A DNA stretch of 64,000 bases from an uncultured Actinomycetes bacterium (GTDB taxonomy: Bacteria; Actinomycetota; Thermoleophilia; RBG-16-64-13): contig CAWJDT010000007.1 in NCBI GenBank assembly GCA_963841735.1, positions 1 to 64,000 on the forward strand, in the 5' to 3' direction. The notes beneath the pieces were generated by a model. That model was not told the DNA's origin. It ran no database searches and saw nothing but the letters and a program-made list of their open reading frames with translations. Shown piece after piece: positions 43,285 through 53,419 of this stretch (positions are counted from its first letter, which is position 1; each line of letters begins with the position of its first letter). Made by a program: the position numbers and the translations under genes.

Positions 43285-44790
43285 TTAGAAGGTGGCGTGG
43301 TCTCCCACACGGGTGAGTTGCAGCCCGAGAGTCTTGCTCAAGCTGGTGAGGCGGTCCAGGATGATCTTAGCCGTAGCGCCGGTCACCGGGGCCGGGGCAC
43401 CCGAGGTTTCGCTGAGCCATATGGGGATGATCTCTCCGGTAGGGCGCCCCTCCTTGGGTATGCTCACCCGGAGCACGAACGACTGGCCTGTCTCGGGGCG
43501 CGAGTGCCTGTCGAACACAAAACCGCCCAAACTGTAGGCGATGAGTTTGTTCTTATATATCTCCAACCCTTGGTCCACATGGGGATGGTGACCCAGAACC
43601 AGATCGGCGCCGGCATCTATCACCGCGTGGGCGAGGTTCCGCTGGGCCGAGGTGACGGTTGGTGAGTACTCGACTCCCCAGTGGAAGCTCACGACTACGA
43701 AATCCACCTGCTTAGCGGCGGCTGCCACCTGGTTGGCGATACTTCGGGGGTCGTAGGTCGTGGCGACGCCAGGCTTGCCGGCGCCGGCGGCGAAGCCGGA
43801 GGGGACGATGCTACTGTAGGCAAGCACCGCGACCTTACCGGCGGGGGTGTCCATAATGACGGGGGCCACCGCAGCCGCGCCGTTGGCGCCGGCGCCGGCG
43901 TGCTTGACGCCCACGGCGTCAAGCCGGGCGATGCAGTCCAGCAGAGCCGCCGAGCCGTAGTCGAGGATGTGGTTGTTGGCCAAGCTCACCACGTCGATGC
44001 CCCCGGATAGCAGGCCTTGTGCCAGAGCCGGCCGGGCTCGGAAAGTGTATTCCTTCCCCGATACCGGGCTGCCCACATTGGAGATGGGCCCCTCAAGATT
44101 GACGAGGGCCAAGTCTGCTGGGGCAAGGTACTGCTTGACCTGAGCGAAGACGGCCGGGCCGCCGTTCTTGTCCATGAAAAGGCCCACTCCGCGGTCACCC
44201 AGAACGTCGCCGCCGGCCGCTACGGTCAGCGAGGATACGGGTATCGTGGCCTGCTCGAGCACCCCGATGATGTCGAACGCGTCCACGTTTACGTATGTAT
44301 GTCCGGTCGCGGCCGTTTTGGAGCCGCTCCAGCTGATAATCACGGTGTGGGCGCCTTGGGCCAGGGTCTCGGTGCTCCAGACCGGCTGTTGCCACTTGAT
44401 GGTGGGGCTGGAAAGGTCGACGTCCGCCGGCGGCGAGCCATCAACACTCACCTTCGCGATGCCGTAAACAGGGCTGGTCTTGGCGATCCAGACCAGCTTG
44501 GTGCCGGTGAACCGCACGATGAGCGACGCCCCGGTGGAGTCAGTCCAGCGGAAGGTGTTCTGGGAGGCTTCGCGGGTCTTCGAGCGCACGGTATTCCAGG
44601 CCCCTGCATAGGCCAGGTGGGAGTCGCTTTGTTCGAAGCGGGTGGCCAGCGTTCCAGCCGAGTCGGGCGAAAGCTCGCTCCCGATCGGCTCTTCGGCTTG
44701 GGCACTGTCGGGGCTCGCCCACAGCAACAGGGCAAGCAGCACCAGCGCCACTGCCAAGAAGATCGCTGCTCTTGGGCGGATCACGCGCAC
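43285..44790 (-). CDS. CapA-family metallophosphatase with N-terminal beta-sandwich domain
   Basis: Signal peptide; GGDV, NLEG, LANNH, HWGVEY, GHHPHV, YSLG. Confidence 0.88.
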   Translation of the reverse strand: MRVIRPRAAIFLAVALVLLALLLWASPDSAQAEEPIGSELSPDSAGTLATRFEQSDSHLAYAGAWNTVRSKTREASQNTFRWTDSTGASLIVRFTGTKLVWIAKTSPVYGIAKVSVDGSPPADVDLSSPTIKWQQPVWSTETLAQGAHTVIISWSGSKTAATGHTYVNVDAFDIIGVLEQATIPVSSLTVAAGGDVLGDRGVGLFMDKNGGPAVFAQVKQYLAPADLALVNLEGPISNVGSPVSGKEYTFRARPALAQGLLSGGIDVVSLANNHILDYGSAALLDCIARLDAVGVKHAGAGANGAAAVAPVIMDTPAGKVAVLAYSSIVPSGFAAGAGKPGVATTYDPRSIANQVAAAAKQVDFVVVSFHWGVEYSPTVTSAQRNLAHAVIDAGADLVLGHHPHVDQGLEIYKNKLIAYSLGGFVFDRHSRPETGQSFVLRVSIPKEGRPTGEIIPIWLSETSGAPAPVTGATAKIILDRLTSLSKTLGLQLTRVGDHATF

Positions 44791-44852
44791 CTCTCCCTCG
44801 TCGGGTCCAGTGTGATTGTAGCCGCGCGAGCTGGGGTGGGCAATGGTAGCGG

Positions 44853-46074
44853 CTACTCGGAGGGGGTCCCGAAGCAGCGCTTGGTCGCCGCGAACGCGTC
44901 AGCTGCAAGCCCCAGATCGGCGCTAAGACCGGTGAGGCGGTCCAGGATGACGGCGGCCTCGCTGCCGCTCACCACTTTGGGGACCCCTTGGGTGTCGTGT
45001 AGATACACGGGAATGATCTTGCCCGAAGGCGGTCCCTCCCGCTGCAGGGTCACCTGCAGGACGAACGCTTCGCCGGTGGCTCGGGAGTAGTGGTCGAAGA
45101 TGAAATCACCCAGACTGTAGGCGATCAGGCCGTCCTTGTAGATCTCGAGCCCTTGGATGACGTGGGGGTGGTGGCCCAAGATGAGGTCGGCGCCGGCATC
45201 GATCAGCTTGTGCGCGAGGTTCTGCTGGGACGAGTCGGCAGTGGCATCGTATTCGGTACCCCAATGGAGACTGACGATCACGAAGTCGGCCTCTTTGGCG
45301 GCGGCGGCGACCTGGGCTACTAGTTTCTCGTTGGGAGATGAGGTGACGTTTGTTCCAGGTTGGCGCGCGGTGGCGGCGAATCCCAGCAGTGATCTCGCTG
45401 GCGGCGAGAACGGCCACGGTGCCGGCGGGGGTCTGCAGGTTGGCCGCCGCCGCCGCCGCTGTGGCGTCGGCCCCGGCTCCGGCATGTGCGACGCCTGCCT
45501 CGTCCAGCCGGGCGATGCAGTCTAGTAGAGCCTCCGAGCCGTAGTCGCGCGCGTGGTTGTTGGCCAGGCTAACCACGTCGATGCCCGCCCAGGCCAGACC
45601 CGCGGTGAGGGCGGTGCGCGCTTCGAAGGTGAATTTCTTCCCGGCCACTGGGCCGCCCAGGTTGGAGATGGAGCCTTCGAGATTGATGAAGGACACGTCG
45701 GCGGGAGCGAGATAGGGTTTCACGAACTCGAAGACCGACTCGCCTCCGTGCTTGTCGATGTAGTCACCGACTCCGCGGTCGCCCATCACGTCGCCTCCGG
45801 CGGCCACGCTCAAAGCGGGCGGTTCGGTGGTGGTCGTCGTGGACGCCGCTGTGGTCGTGGTGGGCGGCAGGGTCGTCGTAGTGCCAAGAGGCGTTTCGCT
45901 GGTGGTCGTGGTGGACTCACTAGTCACGAACTCGGCAGTGGCAGATCCAGCCGTCTTGACGTGCCAGATGTAGTAACCGGCCAGGGCGGCGACCACTAAC
46001 CATAGAGTGACTACGACCAGCACAAGGGGGCGTTTGATGGGCCGGGTGCGGCCGCGTGTGGTCTTGGAGGGCAT
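44853..46074 (-). CDS. CapA-family metallophosphatase, tandem paralog (frameshifted)
   Basis: TM anchor and Thr-rich stalk; same catalytic motifs across two frames. Confidence 0.85.
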
Positions 46075-46081
46075 GTCTACG

Positions 46082-46089
46082 AGTATAAT
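46082..46089. promoter_or_regulatory. Overlapping bidirectional -10 elements for two leaderless genes
   Basis: AGTATAAT reads TATAAT (+) 6 nt before ATG 46096 and TATACT (-) 7 nt before ATG 46074. Confidence 0.6.
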
Positions 46090-46095
46090 AGCCCA

Positions 46096-47163
46096 ATGCG
46101 TGCGGTCGGCAGAGGAGACAAAGGCAAGAGAGTGGTCGATATCCAGACGCGCCTGGCTGCCCTGGGGTATGAACTGGGACACGAGGGCGCCGATGGGTTT
46201 TTCGGACCACATACCGAAGCCGCCATCCGGGCTTTTCAACAGCAGCGATTGCTCTTTTTCGACGGTGTCGTCGAAGATAACACTTGGACCGAGCTGGTAG
46301 AGGCCGGGTACAAGCCGGGCGAACGGTTGTTATATCTGCGGGTGCCCTATATGCGCGGCGACGATGTCCTGTTCCTACAGCGAAGGCTCGACGACTTAGG
46401 CTTCGATTGTGGAGCGGTGGACGGAGTCTTTTGTCCGGCGCTTGAAGTCGCGGTCACCGAATTCCAGCGCAACACCGGACTGACTGTCGATGGCATCGTC
46501 GGCGAAACCACGCTCGATCGACTAAGGCTGCTGCACAAGGTGGGCGACGACAAGCGTCCGGTGAATATTCCGGATCGCATGAACGGCTATGTAGGCAAGC
46601 GGACTCTGTCAGGGCTCAGGGTCAGCATCGACCCAGCTCATGGCGGTTCCGATCTCGGGTGCGGTGAGTGCCGCGGCGTGTTCGAGAAAGACATCAACCT
46701 GGCGCTGGCGAAACAGCTGGGCGAACTCCTGGAGAACTGCGGTGCCCTGGTGACCATGACGCGGGCTGCCGATGTAACGATGCCGCTCTACGAGAGGCTG
46801 GACTTGGCCAGCGGGTGGTCGCCCGATCTGTACGTCTGCCTGCACCAGAGTTGCCATGCCAATCCCAAGGCCCAGGGAGCAGCAGCGTATTATTTCGCCA
46901 ACGCTTTCTACGAATCCAAAGCCGGCAAACGCCTGGCGGGCTACATAGTCGACGCGCTCAGCCGGGAGTTGGGCCGGGTCGACCTGCGCAAACACGGGCG
47001 CAACTACTCCTGCCTGCGCGAGGTGAAACCCCTAGCCGTGATGGTGGAAGCGGGCTACATGAGCCATCCGGAGGAGGGGCCAGTTCTCTTCGACCCGGAG
47101 GTCATCACCCGCGAAGCAGTCGCGATCAGGCATGGCATAGAGGCCTATCTCGCCCGGCTTTGA
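46096..47163 (+). CDS. N-acetylmuramoyl-L-alanine amidase with two PG-binding domains (CwlM-like)
   Basis: DGFFGPHT..AIRAFQ and VDGIVGETT repeats; Amidase_3 IDPAHGG...E. Confidence 0.85.
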   Translation: MRAVGRGDKGKRVVDIQTRLAALGYELGHEGADGFFGPHTEAAIRAFQQQRLLFFDGVVEDNTWTELVEAGYKPGERLLYLRVPYMRGDDVLFLQRRLDDLGFDCGAVDGVFCPALEVAVTEFQRNTGLTVDGIVGETTLDRLRLLHKVGDDKRPVNIPDRMNGYVGKRTLSGLRVSIDPAHGGSDLGCGECRGVFEKDINLALAKQLGELLENCGALVTMTRAADVTMPLYERLDLASGWSPDLYVCLHQSCHANPKAQGAAAYYFANAFYESKAGKRLAGYIVDALSRELGRVDLRKHGRNYSCLREVKPLAVMVEAGYMSHPEEGPVLFDPEVITREAVAIRHGIEAYLARL

Positions 47164-47310
47164 GCGGTCATCCGCGGGGCTTTCGCCTGGGGTACGTTCC
47201 CCAGGAACGGCTCCGTGGAGGCCCGCGCGCCTTGGTCTGTGCGCGAGGAGGATGGTAGAGTGCATGGAATTCCCATATGGGCGGCAAGTAGCGGCTCTAA
47301 GCCGAGAAAC

Positions 47311-48528
47311 ATGAGGGAGGCACCGATAGACACCGGCAAGTCAGGCGGCATCGGGCGGCGTCTCAGCCTATTTACCATCATCTTCGCGGCTCTTGGCCTA
47401 GTGATAGGCCAGCTTGCGTGGGCCGATCCGGGCGCCATCACAGAGGCGCAACAGGAGGCTCAGACGCTGAAAGAGCGCGTAGACGCTCTGAGTAACGAAC
47501 TCGACTACGCAGTCGAGGAATACAACTACGCCATCGCTATGCTCAACGAGACCCAGACCGCCTCTGAGCACACTCAGGTCTTGCTGACCAAGGCAGAGGC
47601 CGATCTCGACGCGGCTGAAGGACAGCTGGTCGAAAGGCTTGTGGAGATCTACAAGGAAGGCCAGCTGGGCGCCCTCGATGCAGTGTTGGGGTCCGATTCG
47701 TTTAGTGATGTGGTGGATCGCCTCGACTGGTTGGAGCGCATGAGTGGGCAGGACGCTCAGATTGTGAGCGACGTCGAGGCCTATGCCGAGGAGAAGAGCG
47801 CGCGCGCGGACGAGTTGGCGCAGCAAATGGCAGATCAGCAGGCGTACGCGGCCGCGGCCGACACGGCCAGAGTCAACGTGGAGCAGATGCTGGCGGCCAA
47901 CGAGGAGGCCTTGGCCGACAAGCAGGTCGAGATTGCTCAGTTGGTCAAAGAAGAGGAGGCACGTCAGGCGCGGCTCCTAGCGGAGGCCAAGAAGGCCCAG
48001 GAGGAGGCGGCGCGCAAGGCGGCGGCGCTGGCGGCGCTGCAGAAAGCCCAGCAGACCACGACCACCAAGAGGGTCACCACCACGACCATCAAGGCCAGTA
48101 CCACCCGCACAACGCAGGCGGGTAGTACTACTGCCACCACGGCAGCGCCGGATCCCGGACCGGTTGATCTGCCGGACGCGGCCAACGCGGACGCGGTGGT
48201 CTCGGCAGCCCTGCAGTACCTGGGCTGTCCCTATGTGTGGGCTGGTTCCAGCCCGAGCGGTTTTGACTGCTCGGGGTTTGTGATGTATGTCTACAAGAAG
48301 GTGGGGATCTCTCTGCCGCATTCCAGCCGTATACAGGCTGGCTACGGAACGGCCGTCTCTCGCGCAGCTCTGCAGCCGGGCGACCTGATCTTCTTCTACA
48401 CGCCCATACACCATGTGGCCATCTACATCGGCAATGGCAAGATGGTGCACGCGGCCGGGGTGGGCAAGGGGGTGCGCATCGACGAGGTGTGGACCAACAG
48501 CTACAACAGCGCCCGCCGCATACTCTAG
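47311..48528 (+). CDS. NlpC/P60 peptidoglycan endopeptidase with coiled-coil (PcsB/RipA-like) domain
   Basis: Signal peptide; long coiled coil; PYVWAG..FDCSG, HVAIY..MVHA. Confidence 0.9.
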   Translation: MREAPIDTGKSGGIGRRLSLFTIIFAALGLVIGQLAWADPGAITEAQQEAQTLKERVDALSNELDYAVEEYNYAIAMLNETQTASEHTQVLLTKAEADLDAAEGQLVERLVEIYKEGQLGALDAVLGSDSFSDVVDRLDWLERMSGQDAQIVSDVEAYAEEKSARADELAQQMADQQAYAAAADTARVNVEQMLAANEEALADKQVEIAQLVKEEEARQARLLAEAKKAQEEAARKAAALAALQKAQQTTTTKRVTTTTIKASTTRTTQAGSTTATTAAPDPGPVDLPDAANADAVVSAALQYLGCPYVWAGSSPSGFDCSGFVMYVYKKVGISLPHSSRIQAGYGTAVSRAALQPGDLIFFYTPIHHVAIYIGNGKMVHAAGVGKGVRIDEVWTNSYNSARRIL

Positions 48529-48539
48529 GGCGGCTGGTG

Positions 48540-49561
48540 ATGGATACTCTCGCGGTCTACTATCATCCGCTCTTCGTCGAGCACGAGACGGGTGAGCATC
48601 CCGAGAACAAGCAGCGGCTGATCGTCGCCAAGCAGGTTATTGAGGACAGCGGTATCGAGGTTGACTGGATCACCCCGGAACCGGCGCCGGTATCGGCAAT
48701 CGCCCGCATCCACGACCCGGCCTATATAGAGCGCGTCAGGCAGATGGCCGAGCAGGGCGGTGGTTGGCTGGACGCGGACACTGCCGTTTCGCCCCACTCC
48801 TATGATGCTGCTCTCCTGGCGGCCGGTGCGGGCATAATGGCGGTCGACCAGTGTCTAGCCTCCGGGCAGAACTCGTTCATGCTTGTGCGTCCCCCGGGAC
48901 ATCATGCCTGCAGGGCTCGGGGCATGGGCTTCTGCCTCTTCAACAACATAGCCGTGGCCGCGAAGTACGCGTTGGAGCAGGCGGGTCTGGAGCGGGTGCT
49001 CATCGTTGACTGGGATGTCCATCACGGCAACGGCACTCAAGCTGCGTTCTACGACGATCCGCGGGTGCTGTTCTTCAGCATGCATCAGGCCGGTCACTAT
49101 CCAGGTACCGGCATGGCCGGAGAGGTGGGCAAGGGGGACGGCGAGGGCTTTACGGTCGATGTACCGCTGCAGCCGGGGTCCGGCGACGGCGCGGTCAAGC
49201 TGGCGTTTGAGTCGTTGCTGGCTCCGCTTGCCAGAGCATTCCGGCCGGAATTGGTGCTGGTGTCGGCAGGGTATGATCCGCAGAAGGGCGACCCCCTGGG
49301 TGATCTTGAGTTCTCACAGACGGCGTTCCAGTGGATGGCGGCCTTCCTGGCCGCTCTCTGCCGGGAGACCGGCGCGGCGGGTCCGCTGTGCTTCCTGGAG
49401 GGGGGTTACGCGCCCGAAATGGCCGCCCAGTCGATACTCGCGACGCTGCGGGGGATGCAGGGCGACATGCCGACTTTCGAGCCGATCGCCTCCGCCGAGG
49501 AGCGGGCGGACGTGCGCGAGGCTCTCGAGGAGGCCCGAACCATTGGAAAGGGGCCTTGTGA
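48540..49561 (+). CDS. Histone deacetylase family protein (AcuC/AphA-like; C-terminal frameshift)
   Basis: HPE, RPPGHHA, GFCLFNN, DWDVHHGNGTQ, SAGYD and LEGGY motifs. Confidence 0.92.
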
Positions 49562-49658
49562 TCGCGGATTCTCTCAAGTCGCGGGTGGTATTCCTCCGAA
49601 GAGTAGGGAGGGAATAGGCGGGAGCGCGACGCAGACCCATGGTGGTCTGGAGGGGTCG

Positions 49659-50765
49659 ATGAAGTCAGTAGACGATCTGCTACGGAGGGTGTGCCGAGAC
49701 CGGCGCCTCTGATCTGCACTCAAGGTCGGTAGTCCTCCCATGATCCGGGTGGACGGCGAGTTGATGAACTTGGAAGAGTCGGTCTGCAATCCCGACGACA
49801 CCAAGGACTACGCCGCCTCGCTCATGAGCGACAAGCAGATCCGGCGTTTCAGCGAGACCAACGAGATCGACTTCGCCTACAGCGCTGTCGACGTGGGGCG
49901 GTTCCGCGTCAACGTCTACCGTCAGCGGGGGGCCATCTCTATCGCCTTGCGCCGAGTGGTGACCCAGGTCCCCGACTTCACCGAGCTCAATGCTTCCCGC
50001 GATCGTTCAGAAGTTGGCTCTTGAGCCTCGCGGATTGGTGCTGGTCACCGGGACAACGGGCTCCGGCAAGACCACTACTCTGGCCGCCATGATCGATCAC
50101 ATCAACCATAGCGTGCACAAGCACATCGTCACGATCGAGGATCCCATCGAGATCCTGCATCGCGATCAGAAATGCATGATCAACCAGCGTGAAGTGGGGC
50201 TGGACACCGAGAACTACAACACGGCGCTCAAGTACGTGCTGCGGCAAGACCCGGACATCATCTTCATCGGGGAGATGCGCGACCAGGAGACGGTGCGTAC
50301 GGCCTCTGACCGCCGCGCAGACCGGGCACTTCGTCATGAGCACGCTGCATACCATCGACGCGGCCGAGACAGTCAACCGCATCATCGACTTCTTTCCGCT
50401 GTATCAGCAGAAGCAGGTGCGGCTCATGCTGGCCGGCTCCCTACGCGGCATCGTCTCCCAACGGTTGCTGGTGCGCTCCGACGGCAAGGGCCGGGTGCCT
50501 GCCGTGGAAGTGATGATCATGACCGGGCGGATACGCGACATGATCCTCGACCCGGCTCAGACGCATCAGATAACCGCCGCCGTACAAGAGGGAGACTACT
50601 ACGGCATGCAGACGTTCGACCAGAGCCTGCATCGAACTCTATGAGAAGGGCCTCATCAATCTGGCGGACGCGCAGATGATCACCAGCAATCCGCATGACT
50701 TCCGCTTGCTGGTGCAGTCCCGCGGACATCTGGTCGCGGGCGACGTCCCCCTCGGCGCGAAGTAG
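49659..50765 (+). CDS. pilT: PilT/PilU-family type IV pilus retraction ATPase (multiple frameshifts)
   Basis: SDLHLKVG, RFRVNVY, GTTGSGKTT, TIEDPIE, LRQDPD..GEMRD, STLHT, GMQTFDQ. Confidence 0.85.
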
Positions 50766-50768
50766 GCT

Positions 50769-51218
50769 CTACTTCCTGGGGCGGGGCGCCTTGGCGGTAT
50801 CGCGGCCGCGTGCCTCACGGGACACGCGTAGATCACGGGTGATCACGTTGGGCTCTTTGGGCGGTTTGAAGCCGATGAGCCAGTTGATGAGTCCCGCCAG
50901 GATCGTCAAGAAGAGCGCGGTCACCAGCACCCAGTGGAACCCGGTGGCCGACAGGGGCGCATCCATCCACATGAACAGCTGTAGGACGAGGGCGTTGATG
51001 ATCACGGTGGCTACGGCGGTGCCCCAGGCCTGACCGGGTCTGGCGCGCATGCGGTGCAATGGACGGATGGTGCTGTTCAGCACCCCCAAGAACAGCGCCA
51101 AGAGGATCGCTACCCAAACGGCTCCGATGAAGAAGCGAGGCGCCAAAAGCGAATCCACCAGGTACATGGCCAGGTAGAAGGCCAAGGCGTTCGAGAACCA
51201 TCGCAGCAGGAATCTCAT
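50769..51218 (-). CDS. YvlD/DUF360 (phage holin superfamily IV-like) 4-TM membrane protein
   Basis: MRFLLRW...ALFLGVLNSTIRP...INAL pattern. Confidence 0.75.
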   Translation of the reverse strand: MRFLLRWFSNALAFYLAMYLVDSLLAPRFFIGAVWVAILLALFLGVLNSTIRPLHRMRARPGQAWGTAVATVIINALVLQLFMWMDAPLSATGFHWVLVTALFLTILAGLINWLIGFKPPKEPNVITRDLRVSREARGRDTAKAPRPRK

Positions 51219-53349
51219 GCGTTTTCCTCTTCGATCACCAGAGATGGCGCCCCCGGTCCTTGAGACCGAGTAGCGGGCCGCGAGCAGCCCGGCCGAGTTC
51301 TTGATCATCTGCCTGGTGGGCGCTGGAGACACCAGCACCGCGTCACCGAGGTAGCGGATGACTTCCTGGGCCACCCAACGCTCATCGAGATAGGGCATCC
51401 TGACCTCCAGGTCTCCGTCGGGGAGGGGGGTGCATTCGGTGTCCTGCTCCTCAAGGTATGTGCGCCACCGGGGGTGGAAGCGCATGGTCGCCCAAGTAGC
51501 CACCTCGGTCGGACAGGTAGGGCTGACCCTGTCTGCGACGAGTCAGGTCGATCGTCCTTCCGGGGGACGAATCGGTCGGCGGATACGAGGGCGGCGCGGA
51601 TGCGCTCTAGTTTGAACGTCCTCTGCTCTTGGGCCTTGAGGCAGTATGCCTCCAAGTACCAGCCATCCGGGGAGTGAAAGAGCAGGTACGGCTCCACCAA
51701 GCGCTCGCTGAGCTCCTGCCTGGAGGTGGTGTAGTACTCCAGCGACACCAGAGCGTGGTCGCGGATGGCTCGGTTCAATATCTCCACCATCTGAGGATCG
51801 GGCGGTACGACGTCATCGACTATCACGGCTCCCTCGGCCCGGTCATTCCCGATCAGCAGGCGCACCTTCTCGACGTACCGAAGCGAGCGACTCCGCCCCT
51901 TCCAGGGCGAACGTGTCTCCCAGAAGATCAAGCGCCAGGAGTAGGGCGCGGGCGAGTACGGGGGAGAGCCGGGCGGGCTGGGAGAACGTATCGGCCATGA
52001 CCTCGCGGACCACCTCCACTCCCTCGGGTCCGGCCTCGGCGGTCAGGGTGTAGGTGCCGCCGCCGAAGTTCATGAGGTTGATCAGAGAGAGGTCCTCCTC
52101 CACCTCGGGCCGGGTGAGTCCCAGGTCGGTCTCAAACGCACGCCAGGGGATGGGGACGGAGCGTCGCGCGTCCACAAGGTAGTAGAGCAGGGTCATGGCC
52201 CGGGCGAGGTGCTCCGGGGCTATGGGACCGAGGTCTTCCTCGGAGGCGGCAGCGCCGCGGCGGGGGACGGGGGATGTGGCTCGGATACCGCTTGGGCGGA
52301 GACGGCGTCTCGGAATGGTCGGCGGGTCCGGAATGGTCGGCGATGACCTTGGCCAGCAGTCTCGGCGAGTCTGGCCCGCGCGCCTGGAGGCTCCAGCAGT
52401 TCGGCGCAGCCACCCAAGCCCGCCACCCAAGAGAGCAGCACCGACTCGTCGGCGTAGGGGACCGAGAACAGGGTACGGGCGTCGTCACTTTCCGCCATTG
52501 CCCTCAAGGCCTGTACATGTGGTTCGAGTCTCTTGACCCACCAGGAGAGGTGTTCGTCCACTGCGATGACGGCCGTGCCGGCTGACTGCTCCGATGAGCC
52601 AGGGTGGCCGGGCTCGGTAGTTCTCGGGGTCGTAGTCGGCGGGTATGGAGAAGTCTCGACCCTTCTCGGTGAGAAAGCCGATCGCGCCTTGGATACGTCC
52701 CAGCCGAAAGGTGCGGATGGCGTCCCGTCGGTGGTCCCGGCCCACGATGTACCAATGACCTTGTATAACGAACAGGCTGTACGGGTCGAGCGTGCGCTTG
52801 AGTACGCCTTCTTTCTGAGAGGGATACGTGAAGCACACCGTCTTGCCCCGGACAACAGCGTCTTCGAGCCGGGAGAGACGGCGACCGGCTCTGCGGGCGT
52901 CCTCGTCGGGGGCCAAGGCGACCGGCAGACTGTCAAGCTCGGCACGAAGCGAGTCGTGCCGTCCGCCCAGGATCGCCGTCAGTGCCAAACGGAGAGGTCG
53001 AGCATAGGCGAACCTGCCGTGCAGGGCCAGTAAGGCGAGGGATAGGGCGCGCTGCTCGGCAGGGGAGAACTCTACGGCAGGTAGACGGAAATCTCCTTCG
53101 GACAGTAGGTAGAGCTGGGCCTCGTCCGCCCCGGTGGACTCCGTGCCGTCCAGAACCCGCACTTCGATACCCACCTTGGCCAGATCGGCTCGGTCCGCAT
53201 GGAAGCGGCGGGTGAAGGTGTCGTCACTCATCTCGGCAGTATCCCTCCACCGACTCCTGCACCTCCTGGGCCGTGAAAGGCCGTTGGCGGCTAAGGAGGA
53301 ACGAGAGGAGGGACAGCTGTCGGATGAGTTTGTCCTCGTCGCGGCTCAT
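51215..53349 (-). CDS. pafBC: Fused PafB-PafC transcriptional activator (HTH-WYL-WCX twice; multiple frameshifts)
   Basis: MSRDEDKLIRQLSLL HTH; WYL1 DPYSLF..GHWYIVG..RTFRLGRI; second HTH; WYL2 EPYLLF..WYLEAYC..RTFKLERI. Confidence 0.8.
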
Positions 53350-53355
53350 GTCATA

Positions 53356-53411
53356 AGACTAGCGCACCCGGCGGGGAGCGGTCAGCGTCCGTCCGGGGTG
53401 GGCTCTACAAT
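53356..53411. promoter_or_regulatory. Divergent leaderless promoters of pafBC and addB, with possible PafBC-type upstream motif
   Basis: Minus strand CTGACC-N18-TAGTCT-N6-ATG; plus strand CGTCCG-N10-TACAAT-N8-ATG. Confidence 0.45.
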
Positions 53412-53419
53412 GAGTAGAT

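Noticed and set aside
43285-46074. Poly-gamma-glutamate capsule locus
   Set aside because: Only CapA-family genes are present; no capB/capC in the window
50769-51218. Prophage suggested by the 'phage holin family' protein
   Set aside because: YvlD/DUF360 proteins are common chromosomal membrane proteins; no phage structural or integrase genes nearby
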